A stretch of DNA of 64,000 nucleotides from an uncultured candidatus Porisulfidus sp. (GTDB taxonomy: Bacteria; Pseudomonadota; Gammaproteobacteria; Poriferisulfidales; Poriferisulfidaceae). Made by a program: the position numbers and the translations under genes. Shown in pieces: positions 32,687-41,502 of the stretch (its first letter is position 1; the number at the start of each line of letters is the position of its first letter). The stretch is from contig OZ220480.1 in assembly GCA_965116025.1 (NCBI GenBank), positions 640,001 to 704,000 of the forward strand, written 5' to 3'. The notes under the pieces were generated by a model, which saw only the letters and a list, made by a program, of their open reading frames with translations, was not told where the DNA came from and made no database searches.

Positions 32687-34504
32687 ATGGGAAAAATGAC
32701 CGAGTATGAATCTAGGACGATCTATGAGTGGCTGATGAAAATTCATCAGGGAAAAATAGCCTTGCCCAGCTTTCAGAGAGATTATGTATGGAAGCCAGCA
32801 CAAGTCAGCGAACTGCTGAAAGCCCTATTGAAAGACCGCCCCGTTGGGGCCTTCTTGACGATGAGCTTTACGAATGCGAGACCAACTCCAGCATTTAAAC
32901 CCAGATCTTTTTTTGATGTGGGCGATGAGAATCAGACTTTCGAAGGCTGTGAGGAACTGGTTTTGGACGGCCAACAGCGATTAACGTCGCTCTGGCGAGC
33001 GCTTAAAGCGGAAAGCGCTCGGCAACAATATTTTGTGAAGGTTGAGAATTGGGATTCCGATGAACTTGAAGTAGCGCGAATGGACGATCCTGTGCGACTG
33101 GAAAGAGATAAGTCGAAAGTCGTTAAAGATCACGCTCACGCGAAAGAACTGAAGCTTATTCCGATTCGCATTCTGGGAATCGATGGCGTTACTCAAGAAG
33201 ATGACGCTTTGTACAAATGGTGCGCCAGCGTATACAGCGATGACGAAGAGGGTCGAGAGCACGCCAGACAGCTGACTCGAAAAATCGATACGAGCTTCGC
33301 GCAGAAACTTCATCATCGGGGGTTGTGGTTTATACAATTGCCCGAAGGCCTGCCGCGAGAGGACGCGATAGAGATTTACATCAAGACAAACCAATCCTCA
33401 TCCATTGTAAAACCATTCGATATCGCGGTAGCCGAATACGACCGCCAGAAAGAGGACTCTTTGCGGAATGAAATTCTTGGGTGGGTCGAACAAACGCCCG
33501 AAGCCAAGCGACTATTCAATTCAGATCCTGAAAAAGTGGTCCCCGATGTGGGTGAATTGATTCTGAAAATCGCATGTCTGCAAAAGAAAAAAGTCCCGAC
33601 TGAGAAAAGCTACATGTCTTCCGCAGTTATTGAATATTTGCAACGGGAAAACGCCGGTCTCAAAAAAATACTGGATGGACTGGATTGGGCTTTCCGGTTG
33701 CTTGAGGAAATTAACATTTTCTATCGGACATATCTCCCCAGCACTGTTCCTCTGCAAGTCGTTCCAGCACTGCATCCCGAATTCGAAAAAATCAAAGACC
33801 CGGACCGTAGAGGTTTAGCGAGAAATTTCTTGTTCGCATATATTTGGCGATCATTCTTGGGGGACCGCTACACTCGGGAAGTGAATACCAAGCTGAAAGA
33901 AGATTATGGTGGTTTGGTCGAGTTGTTGTCACATATTTCAGAACATGGGCAGGATGGTGTTCAGAACAAAACATCAGGCGTTCCCGTGTTTTTAGAAGAG
34001 GTGACATTTCCCGATTTGAGAGTTTTGTCCCGCGTCAAAGATCCTATCAAGTCACCGACTACGAAGAACATGATCGCCAGATCTCTCCTGATCGTCAGCA
34101 CGCAGGGAGGAGCGCGCGATTTCGCTAGTGGTGAGGCGATCACCAAATTGGATATCGAGAAAAGAGAGCGACACCACATCTTTCCCCGCAACTTCCTGCA
34201 AAAGAACGGTATTGAAAATCCACTGAGGAATCATGCCTTGAATTTCTGCCTTATCACGGGCCCCGCCAACAAAAAGTTTTCTAATAAAACACCTCTTAAA
34301 CAAATAACGGAGCGCTTTCTTGAAAACAGGCACTTGACCGAAGCGGCGCTGAAGCAAAGAATCGCTTCGCACTTAATTCCCTATGAGGCCATTAAAGATG
34401 TTGGTGAAAAAAACGTAAAGGCGACATATCGCTATTTCATTAAGGAGAGAGCAAAAATGTTCATCGAAAAAATACAAGTATTGACCAAGGTGCCTTTTCA
34501 ATGA
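32687..34504 (+). CDS. DUF262 + DUF1524/HNH-like protein (GmrSD/SspE-like)
   Basis: 'LPSFQRDYVW', 'LVLDGQQRLTSL' and C-terminal 'HHIFP...NHALNFCLITGPANKKFSNKTP'; GGAGG RBS. Confidence 0.88.
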   Translation: MGKMTEYESRTIYEWLMKIHQGKIALPSFQRDYVWKPAQVSELLKALLKDRPVGAFLTMSFTNARPTPAFKPRSFFDVGDENQTFEGCEELVLDGQQRLTSLWRALKAESARQQYFVKVENWDSDELEVARMDDPVRLERDKSKVVKDHAHAKELKLIPIRILGIDGVTQEDDALYKWCASVYSDDEEGREHARQLTRKIDTSFAQKLHHRGLWFIQLPEGLPREDAIEIYIKTNQSSSIVKPFDIAVAEYDRQKEDSLRNEILGWVEQTPEAKRLFNSDPEKVVPDVGELILKIACLQKKKVPTEKSYMSSAVIEYLQRENAGLKKILDGLDWAFRLLEEINIFYRTYLPSTVPLQVVPALHPEFEKIKDPDRRGLARNFLFAYIWRSFLGDRYTREVNTKLKEDYGGLVELLSHISEHGQDGVQNKTSGVPVFLEEVTFPDLRVLSRVKDPIKSPTTKNMIARSLLIVSTQGGARDFASGEAITKLDIEKRERHHIFPRNFLQKNGIENPLRNHALNFCLITGPANKKFSNKTPLKQITERFLENRHLTEAALKQRIASHLIPYEAIKDVGEKNVKATYRYFIKERAKMFIEKIQVLTKVPFQ

Positions 34505-34578
34505 TTCCAGCACACCCAATTTCACTTTCCGCCGATGTCCGCTTGAATATGCGACAATGCCCATAGAGAGCGGAAGGC

Positions 34579-35556
34579 ATGCCTTTGAACGTAGAGAAGT
34601 ACGCGAAAAAGTTCCGGGCATTGCGCGTGCACAAACAAGGAGAGACGATCTCTCCGCACAAACCCTGCATGTTGCTGGCGGTAGTCGATGTTGCGGAAAG
34701 AGGCGACCTGGCTAAGAACGAAATCCGTGTCCATGACGCTCCCGCCTTGGCGGACATGACGTTGATAGACAGCTTCCGCAGGTACATGAAGGCGGCGAAG
34801 CCTGAGAGCCCGGCAAAGATAGCGAACCCCCTGCTCAGGCTGAAATCAGAAGGCTTCTGGCATCTATCGCCAAGGCACGGGGGCGCTACCGGTTTTGACA
34901 AGCTTCCTCGAAACGGCGGGGATGACTATAGGTATCTTCGTGACAACGTCGAGTTCATCCATCTCGACCGCGACCTCCACGAACTGCTTATGGACGAAGG
35001 CACCCGGTCAACAATCCGGGAATGCCTGATAGATCACTGGTTCCCTGAGTGCCGAGAGGAAATGTATGCCGCGGTCGTCGCGGGACGGGAACAATTCGAG
35101 TACGAGCAACAACTAGAAGACCCTTCCTCGCCCCTAACCCAAGAGCCACAAAAAGAAATCCGAAAACCTGTTTTCCGGCGCAGGGTGCTCCACGCTTATG
35201 GCTATAGTTGCGCCGCGACTGGCCTCCGCTTCTTGGAACTGGATGTCTTTCCCAGCCTTCTGGATGCCGCGCATATCCGACCATTCGCTGATTCCCATGA
35301 TGATCGAACGGTAAATGGGATAGCCCTTCAACCAACGTATCACCGAGCGATGGATCAGTTTTTGATCGCCCCCGGCCCGGACCTGAAATGGCACGTGTCC
35401 AATTCACTTGATGACCGCATCAATGGCCATCAGGAGCTAAAGAAGATAGATGGGGAAAGCCTCATAGCCCCGGTAGAGAAAAGAGACCTCCCGGACAAAC
35501 ATGCTCTGCAGTGGCGTCTTGAGCGATTGCACGAGATGGATCGACAGCGCAGATAA
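34579..35556 (+). CDS. HNH endonuclease with N-terminal sulfur-binding-domain (SBD)-like region
   Basis: 'SPHKPCMLLAV' and 'NPLLRLKSEGFWHL' (SBD-like); 'FRRRVLHAYGYSCAATG' and 'DAAHIRPF...NGIALQPTYHRAMD' (HNH). Confidence 0.85.
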   Translation: MPLNVEKYAKKFRALRVHKQGETISPHKPCMLLAVVDVAERGDLAKNEIRVHDAPALADMTLIDSFRRYMKAAKPESPAKIANPLLRLKSEGFWHLSPRHGGATGFDKLPRNGGDDYRYLRDNVEFIHLDRDLHELLMDEGTRSTIRECLIDHWFPECREEMYAAVVAGREQFEYEQQLEDPSSPLTQEPQKEIRKPVFRRRVLHAYGYSCAATGLRFLELDVFPSLLDAAHIRPFADSHDDRTVNGIALQPTYHRAMDQFLIAPGPDLKWHVSNSLDDRINGHQELKKIDGESLIAPVEKRDLPDKHALQWRLERLHEMDRQRR

Positions 35557-35659
35557 CGCTCTCCGCATCCCCTTGATTTTCATCGCCAAGGGTCGGGCAT
35601 GTGGAAGTCACGGGCGCAGAAGGTTGGAGAGCGCTATGCCCGCACCACCGAAGCACGGC

Positions 35660-35850
35660 AGGAAAACCTTCCGGGTCAGCGAACATGACCTGCGGGCGCG
35701 CCCGACCTTCCACTGGACCCCGCGGCGCCTGCAGCGTCGCGTGGAGCTGCAGCAAGGCGATCGGGTCTCGCCGGAGCGGGTCCACCACGCCCTGACGCAT
35801 GTCCAGCACAGCGTGCTGGAGCACAAGGACACCAAGGCTCCATTACCCCG
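35660..35850 (+). pseudogene. IS1634-family transposase C-terminal remnant
   Basis: 'TFRVSEHDLRARPTFHWTPRR' joined to 'LQRRVELQQGDRVSPERVHHALTHVQHSVL'; local GC increase. Confidence 0.7.
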
Positions 35851-35904
35851 ATCAACAGGGCGAAGATTGATGGCGCCCGCTGACGGGTAACGGTGTGAGC
35901 GTGA

Positions 35905-36894
35905 TCAGAATTTACCGTCACGCACCGTGTTTCCTCCTCGGAACGTCTTGATGATCCTGGGCTGAACCGGATCGTTATCGGGCAGCGGTCCTTTGCCTTT
36001 CTGAATCATTTTCGCGCCCACGCTGGTCAGCTCGCTGAGAGTGGCGGTGCCGGCCAGGGTCTTCTTGTCTGAGTAGAAATCAAACCAAGGAAATCCAGCA
36101 TCGGTATAGTCTTTGGCGGACGGAGGCTTGTGCGGTGGCTGATGTTCTGTGATCTCCTGATACAGGGCACTGTTGGCCAGATGCACAAAGCAACGAAAAC
36201 CGTTCTGTTGATCCCAGGCTTCCATGCCGTATTCATCCTCGTAGATTTCCTGCCGCATCAGGCCGCCGGGGGCAAGACCCATGTCAAGGTCTGGTACTGC
36301 GCACCCATCATCTGCCACACTGCACATGGCGACATGCTGTTTTTTAAAGTGCTCAACGTGCTTGGCATAGAAATCGCGCTTCATCGGGTAGGCGATGATC
36401 TGAAGGCCCCCATGCTCGGCCTCACCGGTGATCTGCTCTTCCGCCGTGAAACCTTCGCCCAGGGGCATGGCCACGAATTGGCGAATGTGCCCCCCGGAGA
36501 CGTTGAAGCCATCCAGCCACGGCTGTTCCGGGATGACCACGTAGTCTTGCGGGTCAGCCGACAGGCCGTTGGTCCATTCCTTGCCGGATATGGCATCAAT
36601 TTTGCCGGCAGCGATCTTGATGGCGCAGGGATAGTCGCCTGAAAAACTGATCCATAGGGCTTCGGATTGATACATCGGGATGAATACTCCACCATGACGG
36701 CGCCAGGCTTCGGGCAGCTTCTCCGCAAAGTCGTCTACATGCTCTATCGGGAAACGTCCCAGCCCGGGGGGAAGGGAATATTCCCGGTTGTCGTCCGGAA
36801 TCCGCAGGGTGCGTTGAAAATCAATGTCGCAAACCGCTTCCTCGTGGACTTCCGGAAACCGGAAGGTGAGTTGGTTGTCCAGTAGTTCAATCAT
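35905..36894 (-). CDS. Conserved hypothetical protein ('FQRTLRIPDD..Y.LPPGLG.FP' family)
   Basis: 329-aa ORF with AGGAG RBS; motifs 'PMYQSEALWISF', 'QPWLDG', 'RQFVAMPLG.G.T.E.QITG' and 'MGLAPGG...QEIY.D'. Confidence 0.8.
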   Translation of the reverse strand: MIELLDNQLTFRFPEVHEEAVCDIDFQRTLRIPDDNREYSLPPGLGRFPIEHVDDFAEKLPEAWRRHGGVFIPMYQSEALWISFSGDYPCAIKIAAGKIDAISGKEWTNGLSADPQDYVVIPEQPWLDGFNVSGGHIRQFVAMPLGEGFTAEEQITGEAEHGGLQIIAYPMKRDFYAKHVEHFKKQHVAMCSVADDGCAVPDLDMGLAPGGLMRQEIYEDEYGMEAWDQQNGFRCFVHLANSALYQEITEHQPPHKPPSAKDYTDAGFPWFDFYSDKKTLAGTATLSELTSVGAKMIQKGKGPLPDNDPVQPRIIKTFRGGNTVRDGKF

Positions 36895-36911
36895 GGTTTT
36901 TCTCCTTTGGG

Positions 36912-37262
36912 TTACCAGTCTCCGTCACGTACATCCCGGGCAATACGCAGGATTGCCTGATCCGGCATGGACTTGAGTTCTCGGATCAGATCCGCGAACA
37001 GCTGGGGCCGTTTGCGGATGATCTCCAGCAGGTCCGAAGACACTTTACCTGCCATGGCCAGAAGAATATCGGGGTCTTCGCCCAACTCTTCCGCCAGTCC
37101 TCGAATTTTCGCTTCTGAAGGTGGCGCCACATCCCCACGCTCAATCTTGCTCAGGTAAGCCGGTTCCACCCCGATTCGTCGGGCCACCTGACGGACCGAG
37201 AAGCGCCGGTCCTCCGCCTTCAACGCTTCGCGCCGCCCGCGAATGTGATTTCCGAATGTCAT
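36912..37262 (-). CDS. XRE-family HTH transcriptional regulator
   Basis: 'SVRQVARRIGVEPAYLSKIERG..APPSE'. Confidence 0.9.
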   Translation of the reverse strand: MTFGNHIRGRREALKAEDRRFSVRQVARRIGVEPAYLSKIERGDVAPPSEAKIRGLAEELGEDPDILLAMAGKVSSDLLEIIRKRPQLFADLIRELKSMPDQAILRIARDVRDGDW

Positions 37263-37265
37263 GTG

Positions 37266-37277
37266 TACTATATAGTA
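37266..37277. promoter_or_regulatory. Palindromic operator candidate upstream of the XRE gene
   Basis: Perfect palindrome tactatatagta 3 nt upstream of the start codon, overlapping a minus-strand TATACT -10-like box. Confidence 0.5.
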
Positions 37278-37304
37278 TACGATATGGATAAAGTCAAGTC
37301 CATC

Positions 37305-38270
37305 CAGTCGTGAACTATTCGCCCCCGGTCATGCGGAGCGGAAGAAAAATCGCCTCAAGAAGACGAGGATTTCCGGAGTTTTCTCCAAGTGCGGGAAAAC
37401 CCAGCCAGAAGCTTGGCGAAGTTGTGCCCGGCCGCCGCCAGAACCGCGTTGGCGCGATCGCCGGAGCGTCCTTTCAGCCGATTTCGATGCGTCCGATGAT
37501 CCGACTTCAGATGGCCGATGGTCGGCTCGAGCGCCACGCGCTTCATCTGCCCGCGCGCCCGTACCGCCCGCATAGGATCAGCGCCTTCTTCCCGACGCGC
37601 TGGTAGCTCTGCCGCAGAGCCACGCCGCGCTTCCGCGCCTCTCGAACCAGCGCCACCCGCACCTTGTGATACAGCCGCGCGTCGGTCGGGAACGCCACCG
37701 CCTTCTCCCGCGCCGTCGTGTCCACGTTCACCCGCTCCAGCTCACGCGAGCCCAGGAACCCCTCCCGCCGCGCCACCCGGATCGTCCGCGTCAGCAAGCA
37801 GTCTAGGCGATCCCCCACCCGTTCCCGCCAGCGCGTCATGCCGCTTGAATGCAGCGGAGCCTGGATCTGCATGCGCTCATAACCGCAGAACGCCTGCCAG
37901 TAGGGGTTCTCCCGCCAGATCCGAACCACCCGCTCGTCGCTCATGTCATGCGCGTACTTCAGAAAATGAAGACCTGCCATCAGCCGGGCCGGCAAGGGCG
38001 GCTGCCCCGGCCCGGAAGCATGCGGGCCGCCGAGCTCCTCCTCCATCTCCTCCCAGTCGATCTTCTCGCCCAGCAACAGCAGGGAATTCTTCGGATCCAG
38101 CATATGAGACAGGCGGGCGCGGACCAGGTCGGCGTGAGTATCGGGCTTTTTCGGTTTCATGTTTCGCAAGGAATCGGTGCTCAAGCGTGGGAAAGCTTGC
38201 GAAACGGCATAGCCAAAAACGGATTCTATGTCAGCGATTCAAGCAGTTACGAATACTTCATCAACGGCTG
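37305..38270 (-). mobile_element. IS5-family element remnant (frameshifted, internally deleted transposase)
   Basis: 'LLLLGEKIDW', 'PPLPARLMAGLHFLKYAHDMSDE', 'WRENPYWQAFCG' and 'VDTT.REKAVAFPTDARL', then a frameshift into 'QMKRVALEPTIGHLKSDHR...AVLAAAGHNF'. Ends are estimated from degenerate IRs. Confidence 0.85.
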
Positions 38271-38322
38271 AATAACGTCTCCATATTCGCTTGGGTTTTC
38301 ACCCGGAGCGCGCGATAGATTG

Positions 38323-38350
38323 AAAAAACGCCCGGCCGGAGCCGGGCGTT
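38323..38350 (-). terminator. Rho-independent terminator of the DUF1097 gene
   Basis: Hairpin aacgcccggc-cgga-gccgggcgtt followed by a U run on the minus strand. Confidence 0.8.
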
Positions 38351-38381
38351 CAGTGGGGTTAGGTTTTCTGGTTCGCTCAGA

Positions 38382-38903
38382 TCACTCCGACGTCAGCATC
38401 TCGCCGACCTTGCCGGAGATCATTCCGAAAACGGCGCCGACGACTATGGAAATCGCGACGACGATCAAGGCGTTGGAGGCGCTGGCGGAGCCCAGGGCCT
38501 CCATGGAGAACGCCCCCTCGGTCTGCAGCGCGTAGCCCGCGACGCTCGCGTAGCCGAGCACGCTCGCTGGAATCGAGGAGAAGTATTCCACATGGGCCAG
38601 CAGGCACATGACCAGAACGGTCACGGCCACGACGAGGCCCGCCCAGATCGGGACTCCGAGCATGTCGCCCAGCGGGACCGCCAGAATCACGAGCAACGCC
38701 ACCCAGGCGATCACCGCGCCGAGGATGCCGCAGACGATCGTGTTCTGCAACGCCTTTTGGTCTCCCCCGATGGCGAAGTAGCAGGCCCAGGCGATGAACG
38801 CCACCCAGATGAAGACGATTCCCGACAGCGGGCCCAAGCTGAGAGCCGTGGCGACGCCACCCAAAACGCCTATGCTGATTGATAATGCGATGAGACTTGA
38901 CAT
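38382..38903 (-). CDS. DUF1097 family membrane protein
   Basis: Hydrophobic; 'WVAFIAWACYFAIGG' and 'IPASVLGYA'; AGGAGGT RBS upstream. Confidence 0.8.
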   Translation of the reverse strand: MSSLIALSISIGVLGGVATALSLGPLSGIVFIWVAFIAWACYFAIGGDQKALQNTIVCGILGAVIAWVALLVILAVPLGDMLGVPIWAGLVVAVTVLVMCLLAHVEYFSSIPASVLGYASVAGYALQTEGAFSMEALGSASASNALIVVAISIVVGAVFGMISGKVGEMLTSE

Positions 38904-39027
38904 GGTAAACCTCCTGTCCGTTGACCTCGCGGCCAATGTGATCGATACCTAGCATTATATATGACAGGATCGCCCTCGTCTATCTCTTTAGAAATACCTT
39001 GCCGGAGCGCTCTAGAGCGCGCTGGAT

Positions 39028-39055
39028 TTGACATTGCCGGAGGTTCGCTTATGAT
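39028..39055 (+). promoter_or_regulatory. Sigma70 promoter of the rpmH operon
   Basis: TTGACA-N16-TATGAT followed by a GC-rich discriminator. Confidence 0.7.
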
Positions 39056-39079
39056 TCGCGCCCGATTACCGTTCCGGCC

Positions 39080-39214
39080 ATGAAAAGAACCTTCCAGCCC
39101 AACAATCTCCGCCGCAACCGGACGCACGGATTCCGCGCCCGCATGCGGACTCGCGCCGGACGCGCCATCCTCAACGCCCGGCGCCGCCGCGGCCGTGCGC
39201 GACTCATCCCCTGA
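39080..39214 (+). CDS. rpmH: 50S ribosomal protein L34
   Basis: Translated by hand (not in the ORF track): [44 protein letters not shown]. Confidence 0.97.
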   Translation: MKRTFQPNNLRRNRTHGFRARMRTRAGRAILNARRRRGRARLIP

Positions 39215-39575
39215 GCCGGAACAAGCCCCCGGGCGATTCACCTTCCCGCGCAGCCACCGGCTGGTCGATTCGCGTCAGTTTCAGAATGTCTACCGGCACC
39301 GAAAGGCGAGGCGCGCTCGCGGGCGCGTCGTGGCATGCGTGTGGGCGCCGAACGAACGGCGGGAGGCCCGGCTGGGCCTGGCCGTCTCGAAGCGCGCCCT
39401 GCGCCACAGTTCCGCGCGCAACGCGTTCAAGCGCCTGGTCCGGGAGCACTTCCGCCTTCATCCCCTGTCCGGCATGGACGTGATCGTGAGTTGCCGCCGC
39501 GACGCTCAGTCCCCGCTCGACCGGCAGGCGATTCGTCTCGACCTGGCAAGCCTCTGGAACAGGATCGCGCCGTGA
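39195..39575 (+). CDS. rnpA: Ribonuclease P protein component
   Basis: 'FPRSHRL', 'RLGLAVSKR' and '[12 protein letters not shown]'. Confidence 0.92.
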   Translation: MRDSSPEPEQAPGRFTFPRSHRLVDSRQFQNVYRHRKARRARGRVVACVWAPNERREARLGLAVSKRALRHSSARNAFKRLVREHFRLHPLSGMDVIVSCRRDAQSPLDRQAIRLDLASLWNRIAP

Positions 39576-39802
39576 GCCGCCTCCTCATTGGCCTGTTGCG
39601 CGCCTACCAATACGTTCTGAGTCCATTTCTGGGGCAGCACTGCCGGTTCACCCCGACCTGCTCGCAGTACGCCATCGAGGCCGTGCGCGCGCACGGAGCT
39701 TGGCGCGGATGCCTGCTCGCCACGCGGCGCCTTTCGCGTTGCCACCCTTGGCATCCGGGCGGAATTGACCCGGTGCCCGAACGGAGGCGCTCGGATGGGT
39801 GA
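39572..39802 (+). CDS. yidD: Membrane protein insertion efficiency factor
   Basis: '[13 protein letters not shown]' and '[13 protein letters not shown]'. Confidence 0.95.
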   Translation: MSRLLIGLLRAYQYVLSPFLGQHCRFTPTCSQYAIEAVRAHGAWRGCLLATRRLSRCHPWHPGGIDPVPERRRSDG

Positions 39803-41489
39803 TTCCAGACTGTTCCTGTACGGCGCCTTGGCCATCATGCTGTTTCTCGTCTGGCAGACTTGGGAACTGGAGAAAGCGCCGCCCGCCGCGCCGGAGCGAG
39901 GCCTGACGGGGGAGCCGGCGCCAGCGGAGGACATGCCGGACGTCCCGGGGACGCGAACGGACGACATGCCCGAGGCCCGCTCCGCCGAGCCCGCCGCCGA
40001 TCTTCCGGAAGGAACCCCACCCGCTGAGCGCGCCAACTGGGTGCGCGTCCGCACGGACGCGCTCGACCTGCGGATCGACACCGTGGGTGGAAGCGTGGTG
40101 CAGGCGGACCTACCGCATTATCCGGTCTCGCTGGAGCGCCCGGACCTCCCGACGCGGCTCTTGTACGTCGCGAACGAGAAGTATGTGGCGCAGAGCGGGC
40201 TAACGCACGACGTGATTGACGGGGAGGACCTCGGCCGCCGCGCGCCCAGCCACCACGCGCCTTACCAAGCCGAGCGACTAGAGTACGATTTTTCCGAATC
40301 CGCTGAGCCCCGGACCGTGACTCTGCGCTGGGACGGCCCGGACGGGGTCCAAACGCTCAAGAGCTTCCGCTTCACTCCCGGGAGCTATCTGATCGAGGTC
40401 ACGCACGAGGTGCGCAACCGGGGAACGGAGGAGTGGATCGGGCGGCAATACCGCCAGTTGCGCCGCAGCGCCGGACGCATGCCTGACCGGACCTCGCTCC
40501 TGTTCGGCAACACCGAGGCCATCTCCTTCATCGGCGCGGCCTACCACGATTCCCAGACCTACCACAAGCTGTCGTTCGAGGACCTGTCCGAAGAGCCGTT
40601 CAGCGCGAGCCTGCAGGATGGCTGGATCGCCATGCTGCAGCATTATTTCGTGTCGGCCTGGGTCCCCGCGCGCGGGGACGTCGAGCGGTACTACACCCGG
40701 GTCGTGCGCGGGGGACGCTATCCGGAATACATCATCGGCATGCACTCGCCCGCTCAAAGCGTCGCGCCGGGGGAGAGCGCGCGCTTCTCCTCGCGGCTCT
40801 ACGTCGGGCCGAAGGAGCAAAACAGACTTGAGGAGATCGCCGAAGGACTGGACTTGACGGTGGACTATGGCATCCTGACGATACTGTCCAAGCCGCTGTT
40901 CTGGGTTCTGGACCATATCTACTGGCTAACCGGCAACTGGGGCTGGTCGATCGTGCTCCTGACGGTCCTGATCAAGTTGCTGTTCTACAAGCTGTCCGAG
41001 ACCAGCTATCGATCCATGGCGAAGATGCGGAAGTTCGCGCCGCGGATCCAGAAGTTGCGCGAGCGCCACGGCGGCGACCGAGCGAAGATGAACGAGGCGA
41101 TGATGAAAATGTATCGGGAAGAGAAGGTCAACCCCTTAGGCGGTTGCTGGCCGATCCTCGTGCAGGTTCCGGTCTTCATCGCCCTGTACTGGGTGCTGCT
41201 GGAAAGCGTGGAATTGCGTCAGGCGCCGTTCGTGGCCTGGATTCAGGACCTGTCGGTGCGCGATCCGTACTATGTCCTTCCGTTGCTCATGGGAGCCAGC
41301 ATGGTCGTGCAGACCAAGCTCAACCCGACCCCGCCCGATCCGTTCCAGGCCAAACTGATGATGGCGTTGCCGATCGTGTTCACCGTGTTCTTCCTGTTCT
41401 TCCCGGCCGGCCTGGTCCTGTACTGGCTAACCAACAACATCCTCTCGATCGCTCAGCAGTGGTTCATCATCCGGCGAATGGACGCGTAG
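39795..41489 (+). CDS. yidC: Membrane protein insertase
   Basis: '[11 protein letters not shown]', '[15 protein letters not shown]' and '[10 protein letters not shown]'. Confidence 0.96.
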   Translation: MGDSRLFLYGALAIMLFLVWQTWELEKAPPAAPERGLTGEPAPAEDMPDVPGTRTDDMPEARSAEPAADLPEGTPPAERANWVRVRTDALDLRIDTVGGSVVQADLPHYPVSLERPDLPTRLLYVANEKYVAQSGLTHDVIDGEDLGRRAPSHHAPYQAERLEYDFSESAEPRTVTLRWDGPDGVQTLKSFRFTPGSYLIEVTHEVRNRGTEEWIGRQYRQLRRSAGRMPDRTSLLFGNTEAISFIGAAYHDSQTYHKLSFEDLSEEPFSASLQDGWIAMLQHYFVSAWVPARGDVERYYTRVVRGGRYPEYIIGMHSPAQSVAPGESARFSSRLYVGPKEQNRLEEIAEGLDLTVDYGILTILSKPLFWVLDHIYWLTGNWGWSIVLLTVLIKLLFYKLSETSYRSMAKMRKFAPRIQKLRERHGGDRAKMNEAMMKMYREEKVNPLGGCWPILVQVPVFIALYWVLLESVELRQAPFVAWIQDLSVRDPYYVLPLLMGASMVVQTKLNPTPPDPFQAKLMMALPIVFTVFFLFFPAGLVLYWLTNNILSIAQQWFIIRRMDA

Positions 41490-41502
41490 CGCGGCCACCG
41501 GC

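Larger units (their letters stand above)
26400..38280. other. Lower-GC accessory/defence island
   Basis: Visibly more AT-rich than the flanking core genes; contains nuclease and modification genes and two IS remnants. Boundaries are approximate; no integrase seen. Confidence 0.8.

Noticed and set aside
26480-35556. Calling the cassette a canonical dndABCDE, sspABCD-E or BREX locus
   Set aside because: No recognisable DndB/DndD/DndE, SspB/SspC, PglZ or BrxC. The only ATPase-like upstream gene has GHKL motifs, not Walker A.
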